NCBI RefSeq assembly: GCF_001194135.2
Contig: NC_068988.1
Coordinates: forward strand, 50,312,595-50,376,594
DNA length: 64,000 nucleotides
Origin: Octopus bimaculoides
Taxonomy: Eukaryota
Direction of reading: 5' to 3'
In this document: positions 39,304-51,502 of the stretch, in pieces
Numbering within the stretch: the stretch's first letter is position 1
Layout: the number at the start of each line of letters is the position of its first letter
The notes under the pieces: generated by a model
What the model was told of the DNA's origin: nothing
The model's input: the letters and a program-made list of their open reading frames with translations, nothing else
The model's database searches: none
Made by a program: the position numbers and the translations under genes

Positions 39304-41023
39304 CAGGATTCACAGCATACAGAGAATATATATTAAAGAGAGCAAAATAACACAAATATATTTCATGCACTTTCTAGAGTACAAACCATGTGTTAGGTCA
39401 GTGGTTCCCAAAAGGTGCAGCATGCTTCATAGGTGCGGGGGACGAGGATAGCAGGCAAGGCAGAATGATTGAAAGACAATCAAAACATTTAGAAACAGTT
39501 TCAAAAAAGTCAGGACTTGTGCCTCGGAGTTGAACACTCTAGGTGCAATCCCATGGTCATTCATGACCAATATGGGGTCTAAACCCTTTAAGGCTATGCA
39601 ACAACAGCTTTATATACTTCTCCAACTGGGGTAACTTTGTATCTCCTCTATAGCAAGACATTTGTTCCTCTCCCTCCATCAGTAATTGAGAATAAGCCAC
39701 CTCCCTCAGTTGTGGTGTTGTGTTTTGCAAGTTATTTCGTGACCTTACTAGTGCCAGTACCAGGACACCCAACCATACAAACCATGCCAAAGTAGTTTGG
39801 TTACTTGTTTGATGCAGTTCTCTGGCTTACTGGCTCTTCGTTGATCTGTCCAACCCATGCCAGCATGGAAAGATGGATGTTAAATGGTGATGATGATGAT
39901 GATGATGACAGTAATGAACTTTCTAAAAGTAGACAAGTGAGCGGGGAAAGATTAATGGATTGGAGTGGTACTTTACTTGAAACATAAGAGTAAATCATTG
40001 ACTCTAGATCTTGTCGATTCAGTAGTAGTTGACCGTGTCTGTGTGCGAGGCTTAGTATGTCTGTTTTTGTATGTCTAAACAAAGTATGTGGTTGTTTATA
40101 AATGGACATGTGCATGGATACACGTATGCACACACACATGCATACATTCACACATATCTCCTCCATCTCTCTCTTTTTACCTCTGTCTCACTCTCTCCTT
40201 CCCCCCTCTCTTTCCTTCCCTCTCACTCTCCCCTTCATTCCCTCCTTCCCCCTCACTCTCTGCCTCCTTTTCACTCCTCCTTCCCCCCACACTCTTTCCC
40301 ACTCCATCTCACTATACACATTTTTTTGTTCTTAATCTTTTGTATTTTTTATATTTTTCATTTTGTTTTTATTATCTATCATAAATAAAGGCAGTAAACT
40401 GGTAAAAGTGTTCCCACTCCAGACAAAATGCTTAATGCCATTTCTTTCTGACCCTTTACATTATAAGTTCAAATGCCTCCAAAGTCATCTTTGCCTTTTA
40501 TCGTTTGGTGGGGGTTAATAAAATAGGTATCACCCCCCCCCCCACCGAGCACTGAGGTCAGTGTAATTGACTTGCTCTATCCCCCAAAATTTTAGCTTTG
40601 TACCTATAGCAGAAATAATTATTTATCATTAGTATTATCATAATTTACTTCTTTACCACTTCACTGTCCTTATTGTTATTATTAGGAGTTCCACTAAGGC
40701 GGCGGAGCTGGTAGAATCATTAGCATGATTGGTGTGTTTATGTCCCTCCCTGTAACTTAGCAGTTCAACAAAAGAAACTGATAGAATATGTACTAGGCTT
40801 AGAAAAAAATAGGTCCTGTGGTCGATTTCTTTGGCTAAAATCCTTTAAGGTGGTGCTCCAGCATGCCCGCAGTCAAATGACTGAAACATGAAAAAGAATA
40901 AAAAGCAAGAAATATAATTTCACATTCCGTTTTTCTCCAAGATTTCCAGGTTTTAATATCATGATTTATGATTTAATCAGTATTTTTAGTCTCCATTACC
41001 AATATTGTCATCCTTTTTCTCAG

Positions 41024-41133
41024 GTGTGAAAGTAAACGATCTTGTTCATTTAAAGTGACAAATGAGTTGTTTGGCGGAGACCCTTGTTATGGAACTCCAA
41101 AATATCTAGAAATCAAATACCGATGTTGGTTTG
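41024..41133 (+). CDS. Coding exon 3A: C-terminal half of SUEL lectin, variant A (RCESKRSCSFKVTNELFGGDPCYGTPKYLEIKYRCWF)
   Basis: Acceptor cctttttctcag, donor TTG|gtaaga, 110 nt, phase 2 to 1, DPC.GT.KYL motif and 4 Cys. Not in the ORF track (too short). Confidence 0.93.
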
Positions 41134-44100
41134 GTAAGAAATGAAACGGTAATATGCATACGCTTGCATGTACCTGCCGTTTTCAACCAAATCAAATGGC
41201 TGTTTTAGCTTTCCAAGGCTAAATCAAATTTCCCAGGACTATGTCTTCTGTGTTTGTTATTTTCAATGCTTTTCAATTAGCATATTCTATGATCTTCTTT
41301 GTGTGTCTTTGGTTATACATATATTTGAACTGATTATATAAACCACCAGTCTAAGTGGAATCAATTATTCTCATAGGCTGTAGTTTTAATTTGAACTCAA
41401 ATATTTGAATGTGTTTATATATATGTATAGTCTGGCACTTGAAGATGATCAGAGAATATACTGATTAAAACATGTTAGACACTGAAACACAAAAGATAAA
41501 ATGAAACAGTTCATTTTTACCCTTTTTATTCTTTTAAATATATCTGCTTTATGAAATCTAGCAATTTTAGTGAAATTTCATGTCTTGACCAGCTACTGCA
41601 GGTAAACATTGCACCCAGCTTGCCACCTAAAAACTTTTCCAAACCGCTGAACATCAAGACATCTTGCACGTTGCCCTACCAGTGCATTTTCATCAAGCCT
41701 GTTACTTCAACCTTCCTCCAATCAGCCATAAGGCATGCATTTTAAGAGTTTAAAAACAGAAATATTCTGAAAGATATTTGTATAATCAGTTTTAAAGATA
41801 AAGTGTAAAAATCTAGTTTCACATAACAGCTGCTGTGGATTGAAATAATGTAGTTAATTAGTTTCTCAAATTGAAATCTTGACAATTTACAATTTCCATG
41901 TTCTAGTTTTCAAGTTGTATCTAGAAGTTTCTGTAGTTAGTTGAAGATTTTTGACAAAATTCTTTAAAAAGTACTCTCATAATTTTAAATCAGTATATTA
42001 GAGAAAACTAATTTAGGTTATATTTTCTGAATATTCCAGCATTTTTTTTTTTTTTTTTGCTCCTTTCTTTTAATTCTGAAGTCTTACATTTATGTCAGAA
42101 GTCCCTATTACACAGATCATTGTTTTGACCAGACTATCAACTCTTTACAAAAAAAAAAATCCCATTTCATTTATTATAAAAGATATATTTACAAAATTTA
42201 TGTCATTTAAGTTATAATTAGTATTTTCATGATGACAATAATCTAGAGTTGTTAATTTTTATAGATCTGGCATCATGGTATTTCCTATAGATACTTACAA
42301 TCACAGCTTCATATACACTCAGTCTCACTCACAACAATGTCTTCAGAGGCCTTGTGCCAAGTTTTGGCCAAAGATATGGTAACTCGAATCCAAACCACTG
42401 CCATATGGAGATGTAGGGGGTCTTGTTAATTAAGTAAACCACATCCTGTTTATATGAAGAACCAGACATGATCAAGTATTCAGCTAAGACTACAGCCACT
42501 AGGAGACCTTTTCTATTATTGATTCTTACATTTCCTGTTTTTACCAAAGACTCTATAAGTAAGACCTCCTAGAGCTCCTACATTCTTGAGTTCATTGATT
42601 TACTTCTGATAATTTCTCTAGATAAAAAAAGCAAAGCAATTGGGACAAGAGAAGAAATGGAGAAGAATCAAATATTATTCTTATTATTCACTCTATAAAC
42701 TCATTTCATTACTTCTTGGAATTTTCAAACAAATTTTGATTGTTGTTAATGATGAAAAACTGTTAAAATATCAAGCATTACCAATATCATTAAGATTATA
42801 TAATCCCATTATTTTAGATTAAGATTAAGAATGACTTAGTATTTTTTATATTTTTTAAAGGTTTATGGTTTAGTATCAATCAAAATTAGATTTATTTCTT
42901 GATCATCAATAAGTGTATTGAACTAGTTTTGAGTATAGGGATGTACAAGTTGTTACCAAGTAGAATCCATTACTGAGGTAGATTCTTGTTTTAGAATAGT
43001 TTCATCTACCATCTTCTTCACTCTAAAAGACTTCATTAGCATTTCTTGAATATTTTGTGGCAGCAACTGATGCTGGAGTATTTACTTATATATTGTATAT
43101 ATATATATATATATATATTGTATATATATATATATTGTATATATATATATATATTGTATATATATATATTGTATGCACAAACGTTCTCTCATCCTCTTTC
43201 CTCCTTGACCTAGCTGCACATCCAGAATATGACAGCTGTAGCAGCACTTGGCTGGTATTCATTTACAGTTATATAGACTGTAATAATGTGAAATGAAGTG
43301 CCTTGCTCAAGGATACAGCATGCCATCCATCTGACCTAGGAATTGAACCCTTAACCCTATGATCATGAGCTGAATACCCAGCTGCTAGACCACATCCCTT
43401 CAGTATGCATGCACACACACACACACGCACACACGTGTGTGCATCCACCCTCATATATATGTTATTTTAAAGAACATGTATTTATTTGTCATTGATAATT
43501 CATCCCCCTTCACTGCCTCTTTCCACTTCCTCTCCCATTCATTTTTTTTTTAATACCTGATATGAAAGGTTTTCTTTGACTGATTGCTTGGAATGTTATA
43601 GGCTTGCATGATAGAAATGTTTGTGTTCCTTTGACTCTCATTTTCTATGCCAATGCAAAAGAAACCTGTTCAAAATATTTTCATCTTTACATGGCATCTT
43701 AAGCTATTTTTATATAAGGATAACCTAAAACATTTTATATTATTATCATTATTATTATTATTATCATCATCATTTGGTGTCTTTGAGTTGGTGAATGATT
43801 ATTTAAAATGAACATTTACATTACTATTCTTTCATTTTATTGTTTCTAACTGTACTTATATAAAATTGATTCATGACAAATCTCAAATGTTTTCTGTATG
43901 GTGTTTCAAAACTGTGCTGTTCCAAAAGAACAACTCCTACTACTGCTGGAAAGAATAGAAAACCAAGGTGATGAATGAGTGGGTGATGACATGTTGGAAG
44001 TGAACAGGAACTCCTTAAGTGTCTTCAAAATTGCGCCCTCCTTCTTTTCTTTTGTTCACACATATACAACTTTTGTGTATGTGTGCGTGTGTGATAAACA

Positions 44101-44256
44101 ATGGTTGTAGGGATTGGTAGGTTTTAAGCTAAGCAGTAGCACCCTCTTGAGGGCATTATGAGCTCACAGCATAACAGCAAATGTTAAAGAATGCTATAGT
44201 GGGGTGAGGTGGGGGAAGTTTTAGAGGTGTTGAGATTTTTCTTAGAAATAAAATAT

Positions 44257-44485
44257 TTAACGCTTTAGCATTTAAACCGGCCATAACCTGTCCAAAAATT
44301 CTACTTGTTTTATGTTCAAACCGACCAGATCCAGCCTTTCACATATACCCTACAATGTCATTCTAAGAATAAAACAATCACATCACCAAAATCTCGAAGC
44401 CACAAGATAATACATGATTAATTCAAAGCAATGTGAATAAATAAGCACTAGATTTGGCAGAGTAATCTGAATGTTAAAGAGTTAA
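44257..44485. mobile_element. TTAA-flanked piggyBac-like MITE (copy 1)
   Basis: ttaa-cgctttagcatt ... aatgttaaagag-ttaa: inverted termini with TTAA at both ends. Confidence 0.75.
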
Positions 44486-45287
44486 ACTTAGGATGCTTAT
44501 ATTTTAAACACATTTACGGGGAAAACAAAAAAGCATCTTTGTCAGATTAAAATATGGAGATAAGGCATTGTGTTTATGAGTTATCAGAAAGATGACTGAT
44601 GATGCACCAAAGTCCAGCATGAGTAGTTATTTCTATAAAAATTTAGCATAAAGGATAGAGAGAGCACTGATCCATGCAAAATTATATTTCGAAGCACATG
44701 TTAGATGGGATAGTATAACAAAATATGGATAATAAACCACTGAGCATAATTAGCTTGTTTGATTAAAATAATTGCCCCACCCTCTTTTTTTTTTTTTGCT
44801 TCATAGCATGTAAAGGGGGCATTTGTAAAATGCCATTCAGTGAAAGGAAGGCGGCTACAAATAGCTGAGAACCACTGAGTGAGGCCCAACTAATCAGTGT
44901 ACCCATCTAATTATCTGTAGTTTCAGTATAAGTTGTATATATTATGAGTTGTAGCAAAAGTTGATTGAAGATTGGACTATTAACAGACAAAAGACGCCAT
45001 GCACCTAACACCTAAGTCTCTATTCCAACACACTCACACTTTATACCACCGACACACCCTTATACTGTTTTAAGCCTCATATATTTAATATTTCAGTTGT
45101 GTTTTCCATATACCTCCAGATGGTTTTAATTTTATGCATTCACACACTCACACTACAATGATCTCTCCAACTTATACAATATTGCTTCCTCATAATCAAT
45201 TGAATGGTAAATATCAACCAAAGTTAATCCTATTGTTTATATTGATATTTACATTCAGTTTTAATTGGTAATCATAAAGTGTCATAG

Positions 45288-45343
<56 letters not shown>

Positions 45344-46513
45344 CTTACACTTGGCACAAAATTCCTGAATCTTCACATTTCTATGTTTATTTGAGTAGTG
45401 GTAAAAGGGTTGATTCATGTACTATAATTCAGTTTTGTGTAATCCAATAAATTAACTTCAGATGGCTATATTTATATACATATATGGCCATAGGGCTAGG
45501 ATTTAAACCTATTGATTACAACTTGCCTGAGATCACCCCTGGTTCTTGATACAAACTTCCTGTTTTAAAATGAACTACATTATATTGAAATTTCATGTTA
45601 GTTTATGCCCCAAACACCAGCTTTGTTTTCCTAAATCTTACAACAGAAATATGGTAACAAAAGTTTTAATCTCTTGAGTCTATACTGCAACACCCTGAAG
45701 TAACAATTCAGTTGATATCCATACATTTAACTTCAAATAATACTGGTTCATAACTGAGTCACATTTATCTCCTTTCAATGTTAGTATAATTTGAAAAGTA
45801 AGTAAAGTTATATATTTGCATGAGTGTATCTCTTGAATGAAGCAAGTGTTTTGGTAGCCAGGTTTTCTTTTTATTTCCACTTCTATAATGTAACACTGAA
45901 TAGATAACAAAGTGCTATTAATTAAGCTTATAATACAATGATTCAACGAGAGGTTTAAACTCCTTGCTTTTCAGTTACAGTCCAGTAACATTCACACTCA
46001 GAAATCATACATAAATTTCCAAGGAAGCACTAAGAATCCTTTCACTGACATATTTTCTTTAAAGGTTATCTGTTACATTTCATGTTTTTTTTGTTTTTTT
46101 TTTTGCCCCACCTATCATCAAATACTTGTCTTTCAACTATCAATGATATCCATTGTTTGTAGTTAAAAGATAGAAGCGCGTAAAGTGTCTTTCTTGTTTG
46201 AGGCAATAACCTAGTGTCTGCAGTTGGTTCTAGTCATCTTAGCAATCCACAGGGCCTAATAAAGACTCTCTAATTTCCCAAGCTATTCAATAACTATGTT
46301 ATTGTACCATTCAGCAATAATATGTAAACTAAGCCCTAAGGCTGGTTGAATATCATTAGCAATAGGAACAGCTTCACTCAGTGGTGCAACTTTAACCCTG
46401 AAATTTTGCATTGATAACATTGGTATAAATAGATGGCATTTTCTTTTTCCTTTTTCTCTTTTTTTGCTTTTTTTCTGTTTATACATTTTCTTCTAAAATA
46501 ATCTAGTTAAGTC

Positions 46514-46578
<65 letters not shown>

Positions 46579-46683
46579 ATAATATAAGTACCACACACAT
46601 ACACATTATCTATAAATAAATGTTTATTTAACTACACGCATTATATTCATAAGAGAAATAAATGTTCCCCCACACATAATCAT

Positions 46684-46719
<36 letters not shown>

Positions 46720-47165
46720 ATATCAGTTTATTCATTAATATACCTTTCTACTTCATCACCCCCCCCCTTCACTTTGCAACCCTTCTGATTAAAGTATCAT
46801 TGACTAGTGGCCCTGTTGCTAATGTTGCTTGACAGATTAAGTAGTTTCAAATTCAGGAGATTGCAGAAGAATCTGAACTCTTATAGACTACACAACCAAG
46901 GTAGGTAGGATATGGTTGAGGAAGGTAAACTATCTTACAGGAGGATCCAATATTATCGTTAACATATGACCTAAAATAAGTTCTGATATGAACGCAACCT
47001 CTATAATGAAGGTGGAGATGATGGATATTGTTATAGCTTTACTATAACAATCTCTACACAACACCATTATCTCAACTACCACCACCACACCACTTATTAA
47101 TAAAGTACTTATACATGTGTGTGTACAAATTTAAATTTAGGTAGACAAACTAAAGAAAATGTAGT

Positions 47166-47167
47166 CG

Positions 47168-47205
<38 letters not shown>

Positions 47206-47209
47206 CATA

Positions 47210-47278
<69 letters not shown>
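47166..47278 (+). repeat. (CT)n followed by a long (AT)n microsatellite; similar compound tracts at 6458-6550, 45290-45340, 46512-46575 and 52560-52612
   Basis: Direct reading. Confidence 0.95.
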
Positions 47279-47282
<4 letters not shown>

Positions 47283-47620
47283 GCAAAGAATGGTGTTAAG
47301 TGCTTAATATGTATCCCCAATATGCAAATTACCAACAACATCAGTGGAATGGCTAACCGCAAGGTACAGTGTAGTAGGAGAGAAGCAAAGCAACAATACC
47401 TTGAACTAATGCTTCAGAGAACTAGTGCTCTTAAACACAGGATATGATACAGAGCATTCCACTATATTAGGAAGAAGGCAGGACATTCCAGAGACTCAAG
47501 AAACTAAATATACCAACCCTTTTATTTTTATTTTATGACATACAGAGATACACTATTCTAAAAAACTGACCAAGTTATGAAAATAGCAGAGTTATAAAAC
47601 AACTGATTAAGAAAAGAATT

Positions 47621-48290
47621 ACTTAGATGAGTCGTAGTTTAGGTTTTTGCCAGGATGGGGTACCACTGATGCCCATCTTAATGACACAACTACAGTAGGA
47701 GTGTCCTTGATATCTTCTTGATGAGAGAGAGAGAGACAACTACAAGAAAAGTTCTCAGGTAAGAGCAAACTACTAAACCTAGCGTTTATCAACCTGGAGA
47801 AAGCTTGTGTCAGGATACAATACGTCAGTTTGGTAATCATTGAAAAACAAAAAGATGTAGATAAACAGTGTGTAAGATCCATGTAAGCTATGTGCAGAGA
47901 TGCTGTTTGCAAGGTGAGATTTAGCAATGAGTTCAACTTAAAATTTAACTCAAGATCACCTTTTCCAATTCCCCCTCCCATCTCAAAGTTACTTGGTGAC
48001 TCTGCTGGTGCCACATAAAAAGCATCCAGTCCACACTGCAAACTGGTTGGCATTTGGAAGGACATCCAACTGTAAAACCCATGCCAAAACTGACCTCACC
48101 TGTGCTAGTACCACACAAAAGGCACTCAGTCCAATCTGCAGAGTAGTTGCTTTTAGGAAGGGCATCTAGCCATAAAAACCATGCCAAAACAGACACAGAA
48201 GCTTGGTGTAGTCTTCTGCCTGGTTAGCTCCTGTCAAACCATCCAAGCCATGCCAGCATGGAAGGCAGATGTTAAACAATGATGATAATG
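47621..48290 (+). mobile_element. RTE LINE RT fragment joined to a 3'UTR with an internal duplication
   Basis: LDES*FRFLPGWGTTDA and RQLQEKFSGKSKLLNLAFINLEKA (RT motifs), then the RTE tail ending gttaaacaatgatgat. A roughly 125-nt block of the tail is repeated. Confidence 0.75.
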
Positions 48291-50079
48291 ATGTAGGTGT
48301 CTTATCAATTTCTATCCTCCTACTGTTTATTATAATTATCTTGGTCGTGAAAGAAAAATTTACAACAGGCTGTCCAGGGATAGATACCCTTGTATACTGA
48401 TAACCTAACAATGGTATCTATCAAGGTTTAGAGAAGAAATTTCAAATGTTAAAAGTAAAATCTAGTTTCTAGAGACCTCAAAATACACCTAGCAGTAAAG
48501 AAGACAGACTTCCATTACCATGCTTGATATGCAGAAGTAAGTAGAAATTATGCATTATATCCATTGTAAACTATGGATGCATAAGGTATGGTGGAACTAA
48601 GAGCAAGCTGAGTGAAAAGGAAGACTTTGCATGTACAGATAGAAAGGAGTAGTTATCAGTAACAGCATCCTTGAAATTCTTTAAAATGCTCAGAATGCTT
48701 GCTAGAAGTAATTGATAGCTTCTAATTGTAACCAAATTAGCCGTGGAGTTTGTGTTCTAAAAGCATAGAAGCCAAAGTAAGAACAAGATGTAAAAGATTC
48801 AGTAAGCTATTAGCTCTATTGGCAACAAAGGTATTGTCTTACTAAATACTGATCAAATTGTGTAACTCTTGTTCAAATTCTGCCACAGTTGACTTTATCC
48901 TTCATCATTTCAGGGTCAAGGAAATAAGAACTAATTAAGCCCTGGGGTTGATGTAATCATCTACCCTGTCCCTACCAAATTTCAGGCTTTGTGCCTATAA
49001 CAAACGATTATTTATCTGACAGAGTTATCTCTCTTCACCCTAAATATAACTTTTTTATTTTCTTACAAGATCAATAAAATATATATCAAATAATATACTG
49101 AGCTTACTGTAAGTGACTATATACTCTTGTAGCACAATGCTCCAGCATGAGTAAGTCCAATGACTGAAACTAATAAAAGAATAAAACTGTACTATGTAAA
49201 AGAAGTCTCAATTCCTTACTACAGTCACTTCTATTCCTTACAAGTTTGTAGCTAATAACCACAATAACTTAATTTTGGTTCTGTGCTCAGTTGCTAAGCT
49301 TCAATTGAAAATAATACCAGTGTCTATGTTATTTAATTCTGTTATGGTGAACTTTACTAAACCTTAAGACATTCAAAAACAGAGAGACCAATAAACTGGT
49401 TTAAACAAGTGCAGACTGTCACACACACCATTCAATCAAACATTGTTTCCCCTCTGTGCAATGTCATTCTCAAGCTGACAGCAGAAATCTGGGCATATCT
49501 GGTTCAGTAGATCTGTATATTTCTTGTATGAAAGTGCCATTGTATATTATAGGTCTATTGGTTAACTGTTGGACAACAGCGACAATATCAACAATGTACA
49601 CAGTCTGTGTATTCAATCTTTTGTATGTCAGACGTGTTCATTTGTAAAATACAAACTAAAAAATATTTTCTTTTCATATTTATTCTCTTTTATTTTTATT
49701 TTTTTAACATTTATTTCACTGATATTTTAAGATTTGTCATGATACTGCATTACATAATCTCTTGATGTATTCATTTGTTTTACTTTCTTTTTGTCAAACA
49801 CTTTCATAGCCTTTCTTGATATTATCTATACTTTTATATAACGATTTAAAGACAATTAATTAATGATATAAAAACTATAAGAAAACATGATTTTATGAAG
49901 TCTTATTTGCCATGTAAATAAGTGGAGTTTCATTCAAATTTCTATTACATTTTACCAGTTCTTTTTTTGTCTTGTAACTTCATTTATTTTTTCCTAATAC
50001 CTTACATATACAATTAAAATAATAATTATTAATTCAATAATAATAATAATGTTGTTATTATTATTGTTATTATTATTAT

Positions 50080-50858
50080 TAAGGTGGTGAACTGGCAGAA
50101 CTGTTAGCACATCTGGAAAAATGTTTAGCAGCATTCTGTCCATTTTTATGTTCTGTGTTCAAATTCTGCCAAGGTTGACTTTGCCTTTCATCTTTTCAGG
50201 GTCCATAAATTAAGTACTAGTGGGATTAATGTTCTCAACTACTCCCCTCCTCCTAAATTTAGACCTTATGCCTTTGATAGAAAGGATTATTATTATTATT
50301 ATTTATTATAATTATTATGACAATTTGAAATTGAAATTTGAATGAAACTCGAGAACAGGTGACTTGATGACATGTCAACTGTCCCCTATTGCTTCAAACC
50401 TTTTATTGCATCTTTTGATGAGTCTATGACTACTAATGGCATGCTAACTGCTACACCTAGGTGTGATGGACGTGTCAGTTGTAAAATTCCTGCTGAGAAT
50501 TCCATATTTGGAGGAGACCCCTGTACTGGCACCTTCAAGTACCTTGAGGTACATTACATATGTGAGAAAGGTATGTTTTCCCAAATATTTTTTTACATCT
50601 GACTTTATTGTATTAGTGAATTTTGATCACATTATAGATATTGTTATCATTATCATCGTTGTTGTTGTTGTTATTTAGGGCAATGAATTGGCAGAATCAT
50701 TTAGGAGTAGCATAAAGATCATTTCTCTTTCAAATGTCACCTAGGTCAACTTTGCCTTTAATTCCCCCAGGGTCAGAAAAATAAAGTATCACTCCAAATT
50801 CTGGGATCAATTGTAGCACCCATACCCTTCCACTGAAACTTGGTTTAGATCTGAAGCC

Positions 50859-50893
<35 letters not shown>

Positions 50894-51502
50894 CATAATC
50901 TTCCACTGAGGTTGACACTGCCTTCATCTTTTCGGGGTTGATAAAATAAGTACCAATGAAACACTGAGGTCGGTATAATCAACTAGTCCCCTCCTCCAAA
51001 ATTTCAGGCCTTGTGTCTTTAGTAGAAAGGATTATTATTATATTCCACTGAGATTGACTTTGCCTTTCATCCTTTTAGGGTTGATAAATTAAGTACCAGT
51101 GAATCACTGGGTCAGTATAATTGATAAGCTCCCTTCTTGAAAATATTGGGCCTTGTACCTATAACAGAAAGGATTATTATTATTATTATTATTATAATAT
51201 TCCACTGAAATAAACTCTACTTTTCATCCTTTCATGGTGGATAAATTATCAGTCATGTACTGGAGTCAATGTAATTGATTTGTCCCCTCCCCCAAAATTT
51301 CAGGCCTTGTGCCTTTAGTAGAAAGGATTATTTTCATTATTATTATATTCCACCAAGGTTGACTTTCCCATATCATCCTTTCAGAGTTGATGAAATAAGT
51401 AAGTACCAGTTGAACACTGGGGTCAATGTAATCAACTTGCCCTCTTACCCAGTATTTCGGGCCTTGTGCTTATAGTTGAAAGGATTATTATTATTATTAT
51501 TA
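50080..51502 (+). mobile_element. Cluster of at least six sense SINE-D copies flanking exon 3B, including a 4-unit tandem array (50901-51502)
   Basis: Full copy at 50080-50310, degenerate copy at 50678-50890, and units starting ttccac at 50901, 51043, 51200 and 51348. Confidence 0.85.
50461..50570 (+). CDS. Coding exon 3B: C-terminal half of SUEL lectin, variant B (RCDGRVSCKIPAENSIFGGDPCTGTFKYLEVHYICEK)
   Basis: Branch-point-like gctaac plus acceptor ctacacctag, donor AAG|gtatgt, 110 nt, phase 2 to 1, all 4 Cys and the DPC.GT.KYL motif intact. Confidence 0.9.

Noticed and set aside
42291-42420. Acceptor-like site and open frames between 3A and 3B as a missing exon
   Set aside because: All three frames hit stops or lack lectin features.
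41134-50460. Tandem two-lectin-domain model needing a second ANYGR exon here
   Set aside because: A manual scan of TAYGG-containing sites and acceptor-like sites found no SUEL N-terminal half, and there is no assembly gap. An HMM scan is still needed for certainty.
50901-51502. CRISPR-like or satellite array interpretation
   Set aside because: Eukaryotic context; the units are whole SINE 3' halves without unique spacers.
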